A DNA stretch of 64,000 bases from Candidatus Wolfebacteria bacterium RIFCSPLOWO2_01_FULL_47_17b. GTDB taxonomy: Bacteria > Patescibacteriota > Minisyncoccia > UBA6257 > JAGOQP01. The stretch is from positions 60,137-124,136 of the forward strand of contig MGIS01000023.1 in the NCBI GenBank assembly GCA_001793865.1, read 5' to 3'. Shown here in pieces: positions 46,270-55,611 of this stretch (its first letter is position 1; every line of letters begins with the position of its first letter). Both the position numbers and the translations under genes were made by a program. The notes under the pieces are model-generated. The model saw nothing but the letters and a program-made list of their open reading frames with translations, was not told the DNA's origin and searched no databases.

Positions 46270-46336
46270 GTGGTTAGTGATTAGGGTTTAGGGATTAGTA
46301 TTTCCTGACAACTAACACCTAATCCCTGATCCCTGC
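46270..46336. repeat. TTAGGGATTAG / CTAATCCCT palindromic leader element, copy c (immediately upstream of fusA ATG)
   Basis: agtggttagtgattagggtttagggattagta...aactaacacctaatccctgatccct. Confidence 0.7.
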
Positions 46337-46342
46337 TTTTGC

Positions 46343-46810
46343 TCATCTGGCAAAGTGAGCAAAAGCTCTGTTGGCTTCCGCCATCTTGTGCACCTGTTGT
46401 TTCTTCTTGATTGCGTTGCCGTCGTTGTTATACGCCGCGATGAGTTCGTCCGCGAGCTTTTCACTCATTGCCCGTCCTTTTGCCGCGCGTGCACCATCTA
46501 TAATCCAGTTGCATGCCAAAAAGAACCGTCGTTCCGCCCGAACCTCACGTGGCACCTGGTAGTTTGCGCCTCCCACGCGCTTAGAAACAACTTCATATAC
46601 GGGGGATGCGTTTTCAATAGCTTTTTCAAATATTTCTATCGGTTCTTTTTTAAGCTTTTTCGCGGCGGCATCGAACGCGGCGTACGCTATGCGCTGTGCG
46701 GTTGATTTTTTTCCGTCCCTCATTATGTAGTTTACAAAGCGCGAAATAGCGACATTGTCGAATTTAATATCGGGGTCGATGTCTTTGGTATATACTCTTT
46801 TTTTTCTCAT
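46343..46810 (-). CDS. rpsG: 30S ribosomal protein S7
   Basis: S7 signature, 155 aa. Confidence 0.92.
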   Translation of the reverse strand: MRKKRVYTKDIDPDIKFDNVAISRFVNYIMRDGKKSTAQRIAYAAFDAAAKKLKKEPIEIFEKAIENASPVYEVVSKRVGGANYQVPREVRAERRFFLACNWIIDGARAAKGRAMSEKLADELIAAYNNDGNAIKKKQQVHKMAEANRAFAHFAR

Positions 46811-46813
46811 ATA

Positions 46814-47224
46814 TTATTTCCCTTTCTTCACTCCATATTTTGATCGTTCTTGTTTGCGGTTCTCCACCCCTGTCGCGTCCAAACGTCCGCGGACGATATG
46901 GTAGCGCACACCCGGCAAGTCCTTTACGCGGCCGCCGCGGATAACTACCATTGAGTGCTCCTGTAGATTGTGTCCTTCGCCGGGGATATATGCCGTGACT
47001 TCCATGCCGTTGGTGAGCCGCACGCGAGCCACCTTTCGGAGTGCCGAGTTTGGTTTTTTCGGGGTTGTGGTAAATACCTTCAGGCATACGCCGCGTTTGA
47101 ATGGTGAGTCGGAGTACACCGGTCGGTTTCGTATGGTATTAAAATAGAGCCCCATCGCCGGAGACTTGGATTTCTTCGTCTTGCTTTTTCTTCCCTGTTT
47201 TATTAGCTGGTGGACTGTCGGCAT
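46814..47224 (-). CDS. rpsL: 30S ribosomal protein S12
   Basis: [12 protein letters not shown]...PNSALRKV signature, 136 aa. Confidence 0.93.
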   Translation of the reverse strand: MPTVHQLIKQGRKSKTKKSKSPAMGLYFNTIRNRPVYSDSPFKRGVCLKVFTTTPKKPNSALRKVARVRLTNGMEVTAYIPGEGHNLQEHSMVVIRGGRVKDLPGVRYHIVRGRLDATGVENRKQERSKYGVKKGK

Positions 47225-47349
47225 ACAAATAAAAGCTCCAGGCGTGAGCTTGGAGCTCTATAACGCTTGATGGATAGTGGTGTAAATCTAGCAAAACGGC
47301 ATTTCTTTGTCAATACAAAGAAATAAGTCGAAAGTTACACGTTATAAAG

Positions 47350-47985
47350 TTATAAAGCCGCTCCTGTTATAAATGTGAACAAAAACGAAACAATTGGCGG
47401 CAAAATAGAGTACGCGAGAATAAGAGCGAGGATGATACCGAAGAATCCCAATTGCATAACCGCGGCACCTACGCGTGGGAACAAGTCATAGAATATTTTG
47501 GACCCATCCAACGGCGGCACTGGTATTAGATTAAATATTGCAAGTACGATATTTACCATTACCACAAATGAAATGAGTTGCCCTTCAATCGGAAATCCTC
47601 CTTGTTCAAAATACACAAACCGCAATACTAACCCCAGCACAACCGCGATCGCGATGTTTGAAAGTGGACCCGCGATCGCGACTTTCAGATTGCCTGTTTT
47701 CTGGTCACGAAGATTATACGGATTATAGGGCACCGGCTTTGCCCAACCCAAAAATATTCCGGAGGTAAACAATAGTAGTAGCGGCAAAATGACCGTGCCA
47801 ACCATATCCAGATGTACGAATGGATTAAGCGTCAGCCGCCCCTGCTGTTCAGCGGTATTGTCTCCCAAGTGTTTTGCCATCGCCGCATGCGAAAACTCAT
47901 GCACCACGGCAGATAATACAATAACGATATATATGAAAATGATGTTTGTGAAATCCATATAAGTTATCCACAACCCCGCTTGCAC
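47350..47985 (-). CDS. M50-family membrane metalloprotease (SpoIVFB/site-2-protease-like)
   Basis: HEFSH zinc motif in TM helix, LDG motif downstream. Confidence 0.7.
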   Translation of the reverse strand: MQAGLWITYMDFTNIIFIYIVIVLSAVVHEFSHAAMAKHLGDNTAEQQGRLTLNPFVHLDMVGTVILPLLLLFTSGIFLGWAKPVPYNPYNLRDQKTGNLKVAIAGPLSNIAIAVVLGLVLRFVYFEQGGFPIEGQLISFVVMVNIVLAIFNLIPVPPLDGSKIFYDLFPRVGAAVMQLGFFGIILALILAYSILPPIVSFLFTFITGAAL

Positions 47986-48280
47986 CTCTAGTATACGGGT
48001 GTATACTGTGAATGTACATTAAAGCAGATACGAATGGTTTTGTAGGCCTTTTGGCCATTACCATTTCGAAAGTGTTTTACGCACTTTACGTAGAGACAGC
48101 GTTTTGTCTTTGGGAATATTATAAATCTATTCGTACTTCATCTTTGGTACACACTGTTCATTAACAATTATGTTAAACAGGCGCATCACATTTTTTTACT
48201 CGATGCGCCTTTTTTATTGGCACCACAGAGACACGGAATGCAGATGAGACACGGAGATCTATTTCTGTGTTGCCTTGGTT

Positions 48281-49321
48281 TTATTGTTGATTTTCCCAAA
48301 TGAGTATGCTTTCAAACGGCGTAGTCACGGCATCAAACGGTATCTCCGTATGCCTATTCAGGTTTTGTATAGTCACCGTCACCGATTTAAACACAAGACC
48401 TACGAGCCCTTCCCGCGATCGGATATCGAGTATATATGTCTGTGGTTTTTTGTTCGATGCGAACAAATGCCATTGTGAAACCGAAATGTCGTCAAGGAAG
48501 TCACTATCATAGCGATCAAGTATGTACTCCGCCAGCTGCCGTTTATATACCGCATCCGCCTGTAGCAGCACACCTTTCATCCCCCGTGGGGCTGGCACGA
48601 CCGGACTTTTGGTTGAACTTCGTAGAATACGGTCCAAAAGGCGCCGCGCATCCTCTCCTCTTTCTTTTGAGACGTCTCGAAATAAGCCGGATCTATTAGA
48701 AATAGCATCGAGCCCGAACCGGTACGCTTCTGAAAAAAATGTTTCTGGATTTGCCTGTATCCATGCGTACTGCGAAAGAATATGCTCGCCTTCGGTCTTG
48801 AATACAAGTTCACCATTTTCTCTTCGTATGGCGGCAAAAGCCATGCCGCCTGCCATAGGCGCTTCAATCTCAATCGATATTGCCGGTTTGTTTTGTACGA
48901 TTGCGATGCCGCGCGCGCTAACCCCCGCTTCATTCTGCGGAAGTATGGCCTGCACTTCAAATTCGAATGATTTCGCATCCTCAAGAGCCGTGTACACGCG
49001 GTTTGCAACAACCTGCGGCTGGTTCTGATACCACGCCCATCCTCCATACAGCAACACCACCACACCCAACACAACGCCTATTCCTATAAAAGTTTTTTTT
49101 CGCCCATCATCTGATATCCGCTCTGCCGACACCGCCGGCGCGGTACGCACAGTGCCATCCCAGAAAGATGGGGGAAGTTCACCTGCGGCATAGAGACGAT
49201 TTATTGCATCTTCAATGTCATCGGACGCATATCCTTCGTGAACAAGCTCTGTTACGATTTCTGAACGTTTTTTCCCTTTGGATGCAAAGCTTTTTATGAG
49301 TAATACGATTTGTTCGTTCAT
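48281..49321 (-). CDS. Hypothetical single-pass membrane protein
   Basis: TM FIGIGVVLGVVVLLYGGWAWY; no domain call. Confidence 0.45.
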   Translation of the reverse strand: MNEQIVLLIKSFASKGKKRSEIVTELVHEGYASDDIEDAINRLYAAGELPPSFWDGTVRTAPAVSAERISDDGRKKTFIGIGVVLGVVVLLYGGWAWYQNQPQVVANRVYTALEDAKSFEFEVQAILPQNEAGVSARGIAIVQNKPAISIEIEAPMAGGMAFAAIRRENGELVFKTEGEHILSQYAWIQANPETFFSEAYRFGLDAISNRSGLFRDVSKERGEDARRLLDRILRSSTKSPVVPAPRGMKGVLLQADAVYKRQLAEYILDRYDSDFLDDISVSQWHLFASNKKPQTYILDIRSREGLVGLVFKSVTVTIQNLNRHTEIPFDAVTTPFESILIWENQQ

Positions 49322-50319
49322 AGATAATCAATCTTCATGGCTTTGCGCACGACGTGCATTGTCTTTGCCGCCTCAGTCCGAGCGTGCTCGGTCCCTTTTT
49401 CCAGTATGCGCATAACCGCTTTGGGATTCTTCGCTAACTTTTGGCGTTTCTCTCGTATAGGACGAATGGTGCTTTCCAAAATTTCTGCGAGTCTTTTTTT
49501 GAGCGCTACATCTCCCAATCCGCCCTCCTGGTACTGTTTTTTAAGCCGCTGTACTTCTTTTACATCCGGATCGAATGCATCCAAATAGGTAAACACTGTG
49601 TTTCCTTCCACGCGCCCGGGGTCGGATACATGGATATGTTTTGGGTCGGTATACATTTTCTGCACTTTCTCACGGATCTCTTTTCCGGAATCTGCCAGAA
49701 ATATGGCATTACCGAGTGATTTTCCCATTTTTGCTTTTCCGTCTATGCCGGGCAAGCGCGGGGTTTTAGAAAGAAGCGGAGCAACCTTCTTAAACGTTTT
49801 TTTATATATTCGGTTGAATTTGTCGGCGATCTCATTTGTCTGCTCGATCATAGGCAACTGGTCCTCTCCTACCGGTACTACATCCGAGCGAAACGCGAGT
49901 ATGTCGGCCGCTTGGTTTACCGGATGCATAAAAAATCCTGCGGGCACAGTTTTGGTAAATCCCTTTTCCACCATTTCAGTTTTGACAGTCGGATTTTGTC
50001 CGAGCCGCAAGACAGTCACCAAGTTCAGAAAATACACCGTAAGTTCGGCGATTTCTGGAACAAGTGACTGGATAAATATAGTTGTCTTCTTCGGATCAAT
50101 TCCCGCGGCTAGATAATCCAGCGCCAGCTCCAGGATGTTTTCACGCACTTTTTCCGGATGTTCCGCTTGTGCCGAAAGCGCTTGCACGTCCGCGATCATA
50201 ACAAACTGGTCATATCCTTTTTTTTGGAGTTCCAACCTGTTTTGTAGCGATCCTATGTAGTGGCCCAGGTGCAGTCTGCCCGTCGGCCTGTCTCCTGTGA
50301 GTGAACGTTTTGTGTGCAT
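49318..50319 (-). CDS. trpS: Tryptophanyl-tRNA synthetase
   Basis: Class I HIGH-like GHYIGS and KMGKS motifs, 333 aa. Confidence 0.88.
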   Translation of the reverse strand: MHTKRSLTGDRPTGRLHLGHYIGSLQNRLELQKKGYDQFVMIADVQALSAQAEHPEKVRENILELALDYLAAGIDPKKTTIFIQSLVPEIAELTVYFLNLVTVLRLGQNPTVKTEMVEKGFTKTVPAGFFMHPVNQAADILAFRSDVVPVGEDQLPMIEQTNEIADKFNRIYKKTFKKVAPLLSKTPRLPGIDGKAKMGKSLGNAIFLADSGKEIREKVQKMYTDPKHIHVSDPGRVEGNTVFTYLDAFDPDVKEVQRLKKQYQEGGLGDVALKKRLAEILESTIRPIREKRQKLAKNPKAVMRILEKGTEHARTEAAKTMHVVRKAMKIDYL

Positions 50320-50365
50320 AATGCTAATCTACGAATTATATGCGAATGCCGCGAATCAAACAATG

Positions 50366-50436
50366 TCGGGCCGCAGGGAATCGAACCCTGACTACAAGAC
50401 CCCCAGCCTTGTGTACTACCACTATACGACGGCCCG
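50366..50436 (-). tRNA. tRNA-Pro (GGG)
   Basis: CGGGCCGTCGTATAGTGGTAGTACACAAGGCTGGGGGTCTTGTAGTCAGGGTTCGATTCCCTGCGGCCCGA. Confidence 0.75.
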
Positions 50437-50462
50437 TCGTTTTTGTATAATAAGATAAATAA

Positions 50463-50960
50463 ATGAATAATGGAAGAAGATATCTTCCAGAGGTAAAAGA
50501 AAAGGCTGTTATACTTAGAAGGAAGAATGGGCTGTCTCACAGAGAAATATCAAAAAAACTTGGAATAAGTGTTGGAACAGCCTTTTTGTGGACCCGAGGA
50601 ATTAGTTTGACCGCCAAACAGAAGGAAGCTCTCACGGATAGAGCTGATAAGTCATACGTTGTAAGAAACCATGAAAAAATGGCAAGAGTTGGATGCGCTA
50701 ATCTTTTGAAATACAGAAGCATTCCGACAAATCAAGAATTGATTTTGAGAATAAAAAGATTTAATAAAAAACACGGAAGGATCCCTCTTAAAAGAGAATT
50801 TAATAGCACATACATCTTGTACTTAAAGAGATTTGGTGGATGGAACAATGCTGTTCGTATTGCTGGTTTTAATCCTAACCCTGTTTTCTTTGCAAAAAAA
50901 TTTATAGCCCTGGATGGCCATGTATGTGATTCCTTTGCTGAAAAAATTATTGATGACTAG
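50463..50960 (+). CDS. HTH-domain protein (IS3-OrfA-like N-terminal HTH plus uncharacterised C-terminal domain) in AT-rich segment next to tRNA-Pro
   Basis: LSHREISKKLGISVGTAFLW HTH; AT-rich; plus strand in a minus-strand region. Confidence 0.45.
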   Translation: MNNGRRYLPEVKEKAVILRRKNGLSHREISKKLGISVGTAFLWTRGISLTAKQKEALTDRADKSYVVRNHEKMARVGCANLLKYRSIPTNQELILRIKRFNKKHGRIPLKREFNSTYILYLKRFGGWNNAVRIAGFNPNPVFFAKKFIALDGHVCDSFAEKIIDD

Positions 50961-51014
50961 TTTTTTAGACATAATATTCTTCATGCAAGGAATGTTCTTT
51001 ATGAGGATTCTAAA

Positions 51015-51230
51015 ATGACCGCTGACTTTGCTGTTAATAACTTGCGCATAGAATATTTTGGTCTAGCGGGAGAAGTATATGGTTACGATGATAATATTAA
51101 ATTAAAAAGGAAAATGTGCAAAAGAGACGGATTAATTCTAATTGAAATTTATCCAAAAGACTTATTTAAAAAAGATTGCAGGATTTACCTTCGAAGTCTC
51201 GTATCGAAAATTAAAAAATATAAGGAATAA
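51015..51230 (+). CDS. Hypothetical small protein, possibly a frameshifted continuation of 50463..50960
   Basis: ORF only; same strand and AT-rich block. Confidence 0.3.
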   Translation: MTADFAVNNLRIEYFGLAGEVYGYDDNIKLKRKMCKRDGLILIEIYPKDLFKKDCRIYLRSLVSKIKKYKE

Positions 51231-51258
51231 AAGTCTTTTACGGACGACTGTTGATTAA

Positions 51259-51285
51259 CCCCCACACCAAAGTTTGGTGTGGGGG
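51259..51285. terminator. Perfect hairpin CCCCCACACCAAA-GTT-TGGTGTGGGGG downstream of the large secreted-protein gene
   Basis: 11-13 bp stem; same CCCCCACACCA motif as 38477/38525. Confidence 0.55.
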
Positions 51286-51293
51286 TATACTTC

Positions 51294-54200
51294 CTATGGA
51301 TTCCCGCTAATATACTCCCTCGTGAACGGTCCAAAGTATCCCTGTGGAGGATTGATGCCATTGGCCTGCTGGAATCTGGCCAGAGCTTGTTGAGTTCGTT
51401 GGCCAAAGAGCGTGGTTTCATTGTTTGGAGATCCAGCTCCTGAGGTAGCAACCAGAAAGCCTTTTTGGTTGAGGTAGATTTGGAGTTGCCTGACGTCTTC
51501 TCCTTGAGATCCGATGGTGAGGTTTCTGTTGAATCCTGAGCTTGCTTGCCCTGAGTTTATCGAAGGGGTCGAAGGAGAGGTTGGAGTAAATATATCCCCT
51601 CCACTCACACTACAGATACCATTGGGGCATGGATCGATCTGAGATGGTTGTATGGGAGTGGTATTGATGAGGGGTGCGGTTTGTAATGCTTTCTGCTGGG
51701 CTACCTTGAGGAATAATGATTGGAGTATGGAGAATAAGGTTTGGATGCGGGATTGGAGATCGGAAAGGGGGTTGATGGAATCGGAAGTCGGAGGTTGGGT
51801 GGTGGAAGTTGGAGAGGGACGGGGGCTGGGAGAGCGTCTGATCGTAGAACCTCCGCCACCACCACCGCTTCCTCCGGTTGAGGTTGTTTGGGTAGGGGTT
51901 GGAGAGGGGGTGGGTTGTATATCTCGATAGAAACATTGTTTTTTATAGCCTTGGTAGGGATCGGGGAATACCTCATTACCGCAGGCGGTTCCATCGGTGA
52001 TGATTCTAGTTGTGTAATGTCCTGCAAGACCGTATTGGACTTCTTTGGCGCCTGAAAAGTCGCAATACGCAAATTCATATGAACAGAATGTCCAGCCGGG
52101 ACGCGATTCGGGCGATTCGGTTTGCGTTGGAGATATTTGCGGTGAGGTAATAGTGATACCGACACTTTGTGAGATTGTCTGTGTATTATTATTGTCCGTT
52201 GCCTTGGCAACAAGCGTATATGTACCAGCTGGAGGGTTGGGCCAGGTGTATTGATGGGGAAATGAGGTATCGGTTCCAAGTAGGGTGGTACCTCGAAAGA
52301 ATTCTACCTTGGTGACCGTGCCATCGGAATCTGATGCGGACGCGCTCAGAATAAGAGGCGATCCTGCGGGATGGGACGAGTTGTGAGACGGAGAGGTGAG
52401 AGAGATAGTTGGGGGTATATTTTGCGGTTCAACGAGTACAAAAGATCTTCTCGCTTCGACTGGCGGATTAACACCGTCCGAAATTACAAGAACAAGTTCA
52501 TATATGGCTCCGATGGCTTCAAGAGATACCAATTGATTATTTTCATTTGTTTTTGATCCCGCCATACTTAACGAGCCAGAGCTTTGGCCGGGAGCTTGTG
52601 TCGTTTGTTTGATAAGAGCTTTCTCCCACCCATCTCCTAGACGATCAATGTGCCATCCAACTGTTAGCGAAGACGAATCAGCATCCGTCGCTGTTCCGCC
52701 GAATTGCACGGTTGATCCCTTGGAAACAGTGCCGTTGTTTGAAGACGGCTGACTGATACTTGCGGCGGGAGGATTATTTTGAGGCGTTGGGGTTGTAGAT
52801 TGTGTCCCCTGCCATATACGGAGCGCGTAATGGCTGGCAGGGGGCGTTACACTGACCGAGCTTCCGGCATTCAACGAGAATTCAGATCCCCACGTTCCGT
52901 TTGTCGCGTTGTACCATTGTGCTTGCACCGTCCCCATCATATCGGATAGGTTAATCGCAAATGCTCCGCTTGACTCTGTCCAATACACGTGCTCTAAGCC
53001 GTTTTTCTTAGCTTCAAATCTATTGCTTCCTAAATCAATGAATGAATTAAACTTCCAATATTGAATTCCGGAATTCCAAAAATCTGCAAGATGAGAGGTG
53101 TAAATAGCACCCTGTTGGGACAGGGAATCTTCATCACCATATCTCCACCATTCAAAGTTTCCATAAACTAACCCCGCAGAACCGCCCATTATCAGTCGCC
53201 AACTATCAATAAGGATATTTATTGCGTCCTGCGAAGAATGATAACCAGCGGGTTCATATCCGTATTCTCCATTTATATATGGCATCCCAAGACTACGCGC
53301 AGTAACTGCATCGCTAAATAAGTTGGTGTATTTCTGCACCATGTAAAAATCTAAATGGTCTTCGGGATCTAATTCAGGAAATTCATTATTAGGGTGAATG
53401 GTGGTTAAATTATTATATGGATCATTTGTTCTAAAATAATCGGCTATATCATCCCAATCTGTTTCAGATCCATACTCATTATATTCTCCCACAGAAACCC
53501 AAATTACTGGATAAGCCGCGTATCTATTAATTATATACTGAGCAAAATTATGCCTTTGGGCTATAGTAAACTGAGAATAGAAATTATCATCAGCCCAGCC
53601 CAAAAGAAGGCCTATTATAAAATTTTTATCAGCTGCGTACTGAATTCTGCTATCTACGTACTGAAAAAACTCAGGATTTATTGTGTTTTTATTACCATTT
53701 GTAAAAGATGTTTCCCCGTGAAGAGTATTGTTGGTATTGCTGTACCAAATATTTATTTGGGCATAATTAAAATTCTGATTAATTCGTGTGTTTACACCGA
53801 TATTGAAAAGAGTATCGGTAAAGGCTTTTTCATTAGCGGGCGTTCCGCTATCATATAAATGATCCCACCAGGTATCTCCGACCATTAGATACCGGTCTCC
53901 GTTGCTCCATTTGAAATAAAGCGGGTTGCTTGGATCAATAGTCACTCTTCCCTTCTTTGATGAAGAAACTGCTGTTATCGCCCCGGACTTGTTATTGAGA
54001 CCCGAATCTGACGAGGAAGTCTGATACGAATAGGTTCCTGTATACGGAGGAGCAAACCGTATTTTCCATGTATCTCCTCCGTCCCAAAAACCTTTTATGG
54101 TCATCGATTTGCCTGACGCGTTACCCGACGTCCCGGTAAATGTTGCGGATACCGTTGCTTGAGTGTATGGATTAGCATAGGTGCCGCTGTCCTGAAGCGT

Positions 54201-54365
54201 TAATTCATATATTTCATACTGCCCAATCGTTGCTCCTCCAACTTGCGCGGTTAGCAATAGGCTGTTGTAATTTTTCCCTCCTTCTTGCGCATAGAGAAAT
54301 ATGTTCGCCACAATAAACAACAAAATAAGAAATGCCGTTGCGGCGTGAATATGTTTTTCTTCCAT
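51294..54365 (-). CDS. Large secreted multidomain protein: glycoside-hydrolase-like TIM barrel, Ig/FN3-like domains, Pro/Thr/Gly linker, C-terminal peptidoglycan-binding domain
   Basis: Signal peptide; hydrolase-like core; C-terminal GSQGEDVRQLQIYLNQKGF...ALARFQQANGI resembles PG_binding_1. Confidence 0.6.
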   Translation of the reverse strand: MEEKHIHAATAFLILLFIVANIFLYAQEGGKNYNSLLLTAQVGGATIGQYEIYELTLQDSGTYANPYTQATVSATFTGTSGNASGKSMTIKGFWDGGDTWKIRFAPPYTGTYSYQTSSSDSGLNNKSGAITAVSSSKKGRVTIDPSNPLYFKWSNGDRYLMVGDTWWDHLYDSGTPANEKAFTDTLFNIGVNTRINQNFNYAQINIWYSNTNNTLHGETSFTNGNKNTINPEFFQYVDSRIQYAADKNFIIGLLLGWADDNFYSQFTIAQRHNFAQYIINRYAAYPVIWVSVGEYNEYGSETDWDDIADYFRTNDPYNNLTTIHPNNEFPELDPEDHLDFYMVQKYTNLFSDAVTARSLGMPYINGEYGYEPAGYHSSQDAINILIDSWRLIMGGSAGLVYGNFEWWRYGDEDSLSQQGAIYTSHLADFWNSGIQYWKFNSFIDLGSNRFEAKKNGLEHVYWTESSGAFAINLSDMMGTVQAQWYNATNGTWGSEFSLNAGSSVSVTPPASHYALRIWQGTQSTTPTPQNNPPAASISQPSSNNGTVSKGSTVQFGGTATDADSSSLTVGWHIDRLGDGWEKALIKQTTQAPGQSSGSLSMAGSKTNENNQLVSLEAIGAIYELVLVISDGVNPPVEARRSFVLVEPQNIPPTISLTSPSHNSSHPAGSPLILSASASDSDGTVTKVEFFRGTTLLGTDTSFPHQYTWPNPPAGTYTLVAKATDNNNTQTISQSVGITITSPQISPTQTESPESRPGWTFCSYEFAYCDFSGAKEVQYGLAGHYTTRIITDGTACGNEVFPDPYQGYKKQCFYRDIQPTPSPTPTQTTSTGGSGGGGGGSTIRRSPSPRPSPTSTTQPPTSDSINPLSDLQSRIQTLFSILQSLFLKVAQQKALQTAPLINTTPIQPSQIDPCPNGICSVSGGDIFTPTSPSTPSINSGQASSGFNRNLTIGSQGEDVRQLQIYLNQKGFLVATSGAGSPNNETTLFGQRTQQALARFQQANGINPPQGYFGPFTREYISGNP

Positions 54366-54415
54366 GTATATTATATTAACAAATAAATAAAAATCCCGCT
54401 ATTTCCGCGGGATCT

Positions 54416-54604
54416 TCATTTTCCGTCCTTGTTCATCTTCTTTATGCAGTTGGCGCAAGCTAAAATGCGCTTCCCCTCAAGGGTACGCGTTTTTTGCAGA
54501 TTCGGATATTTTCGAGACCAGTTGACGGGGTTGTAATTTCCTCGCAGTTTTCTGCGCGTTCCTCCCATCACGGATCCTTTTTCGCAAATTTGGCAAACTT
54601 TCAT
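54416..54604 (-). CDS. rpmB: 50S ribosomal protein L28 (zinc-ribbon type); start at MKVCQICEK
   Basis: MKVCQICEKGSVMGG...RKYPNLQKTR...CANC; ATG is the CAT inside the cassette-B left TIR. Confidence 0.7.
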   Translation of the reverse strand: MKVCQICEKGSVMGGTRRKLRGNYNPVNWSRKYPNLQKTRTLEGKRILACANCIKKMNKDGK

Positions 54605-54710
54605 CCCGTTAGAAATTTTAGATACGTAATAATATAAACAATCTATGCTCATTGCTATATGCATATCCCGTTTAGAAAATCATTTATTCCCAAATTTCTA
54701 ACGGGATTCA
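54600..54710. repeat. Inverted-repeat cassette copy B (TIRs CCCGTTAGAAATTT / AAATTTCTAACGGG), abuts rpmB ATG; has an internal degenerate TIR copy
   Basis: ttcatcccgttagaaatttta...aaatttctaacgggattcat. Confidence 0.75.
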
Positions 54711-55016
54711 TAAACACGAATGAGCCCCCTTAAAGATTTCCCGGCGAAGAGCCAGGTGGGTGGGCTCAATTCCGACCCACAGGCCGAAATAATTCGCCCT
54801 CCCTAACATAATCAATCCGGAATCTTTAATAGGGCTCATCTACAAGATACCGCCATCCACAGCGAAAGTCAATCCACACCCAGCGGGGTTTTACGGCATA
54901 GCCGTCTTGCACGCGAAGTGAACCATGAAATCATACCGGAAATCGATCTTCCCGATCTTCCGTTCGAAGAGACCCTTTCCCCCATTGGCAAGCGGTGGCT
55001 CATGCGGGAACTTTCA
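54711..55016. ncRNA. ~300-nt non-coding region with extensive local complementarity and a terminator; candidate structured RNA (identity unresolved)
   Basis: No ORF >60 aa; GC-rich paired segments (gggtgggctcaattccgacccac; ccagcggggttttacggcatagccg); ends at hairpin 55017-55037. Confidence 0.3.
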
Positions 55017-55041
55017 AAAGCGGCGTAATGCCGCTTTTTGC
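55017..55041. terminator. Hairpin aaagcggc-gtaat-gccgcttt plus T-run; bidirectional terminator at ndk 3' end
   Basis: 7-bp GC stem, TTTTTG following. Confidence 0.6.
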
Positions 55042-55610
55042 TACTTATACAAGACGGTTTCTCTCGGATTTACATATTCCAGTAATTCATCGGGTGTGAA
55101 CCACACATCAATTTCGTATTGAGAATCGAATTCGTTTGCCGATGCGTGCACGAGGTTACGAACTGCTCGATTATGTGTATCCGCGATGTGATACGAATCA
55201 ACGGTGAAATCCCCCCGTATGGTTCCAACATCCGACTGCAACGGTTCGGTTGAACCGACGATCTTCCGAGTCACCTTGATTGCTTGGTGGCCCTCCAGCA
55301 CGAATGCCACGACTGGCGCGGAGGAAAGAAACGTCACGAGCCGGTCGACGATTGATTGACCAAGTTTTTTCGGATCGTCGTGAACTTCAGCCCCACCTTT
55401 GCGCTTACCTTCTATAGATCGATTTCCAAGTGCTTCAATTTCCTCCTCGTTTTTTACATAGTGCTTGTACGCAAGCTCCTTTGAGGGTTGCAGGAGTTTC
55501 ATAGCAACAAGCTTCAATCCCACCCGCTCAAACCGGGAAATAATTTCGCCGATAAGGTTGCGTTGTACGGCATCGGGTTTTAATAACACTAACGTTCGTT
55601 CCTTTGTCAT
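55041..55610 (-). CDS. ndk: Nucleoside diphosphate kinase (extended form)
   Basis: ERTLVLLKPDAVQRNLIGEIISRFE..., active-site His region. Confidence 0.8.
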   Translation of the reverse strand: MTKERTLVLLKPDAVQRNLIGEIISRFERVGLKLVAMKLLQPSKELAYKHYVKNEEEIEALGNRSIEGKRKGGAEVHDDPKKLGQSIVDRLVTFLSSAPVVAFVLEGHQAIKVTRKIVGSTEPLQSDVGTIRGDFTVDSYHIADTHNRAVRNLVHASANEFDSQYEIDVWFTPDELLEYVNPRETVLYK

Positions 55611-55611
55611 A

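Noticed and set aside
54711-55016. RNase P RNA / tmRNA / SRP RNA assignment for the ndk-proximal non-coding region
   Set aside because: Could not find P4 consensus (GGAAAGUCCGG...), tmRNA tag frame or SRP domain IV motif by eye; left as unassigned candidate RNA
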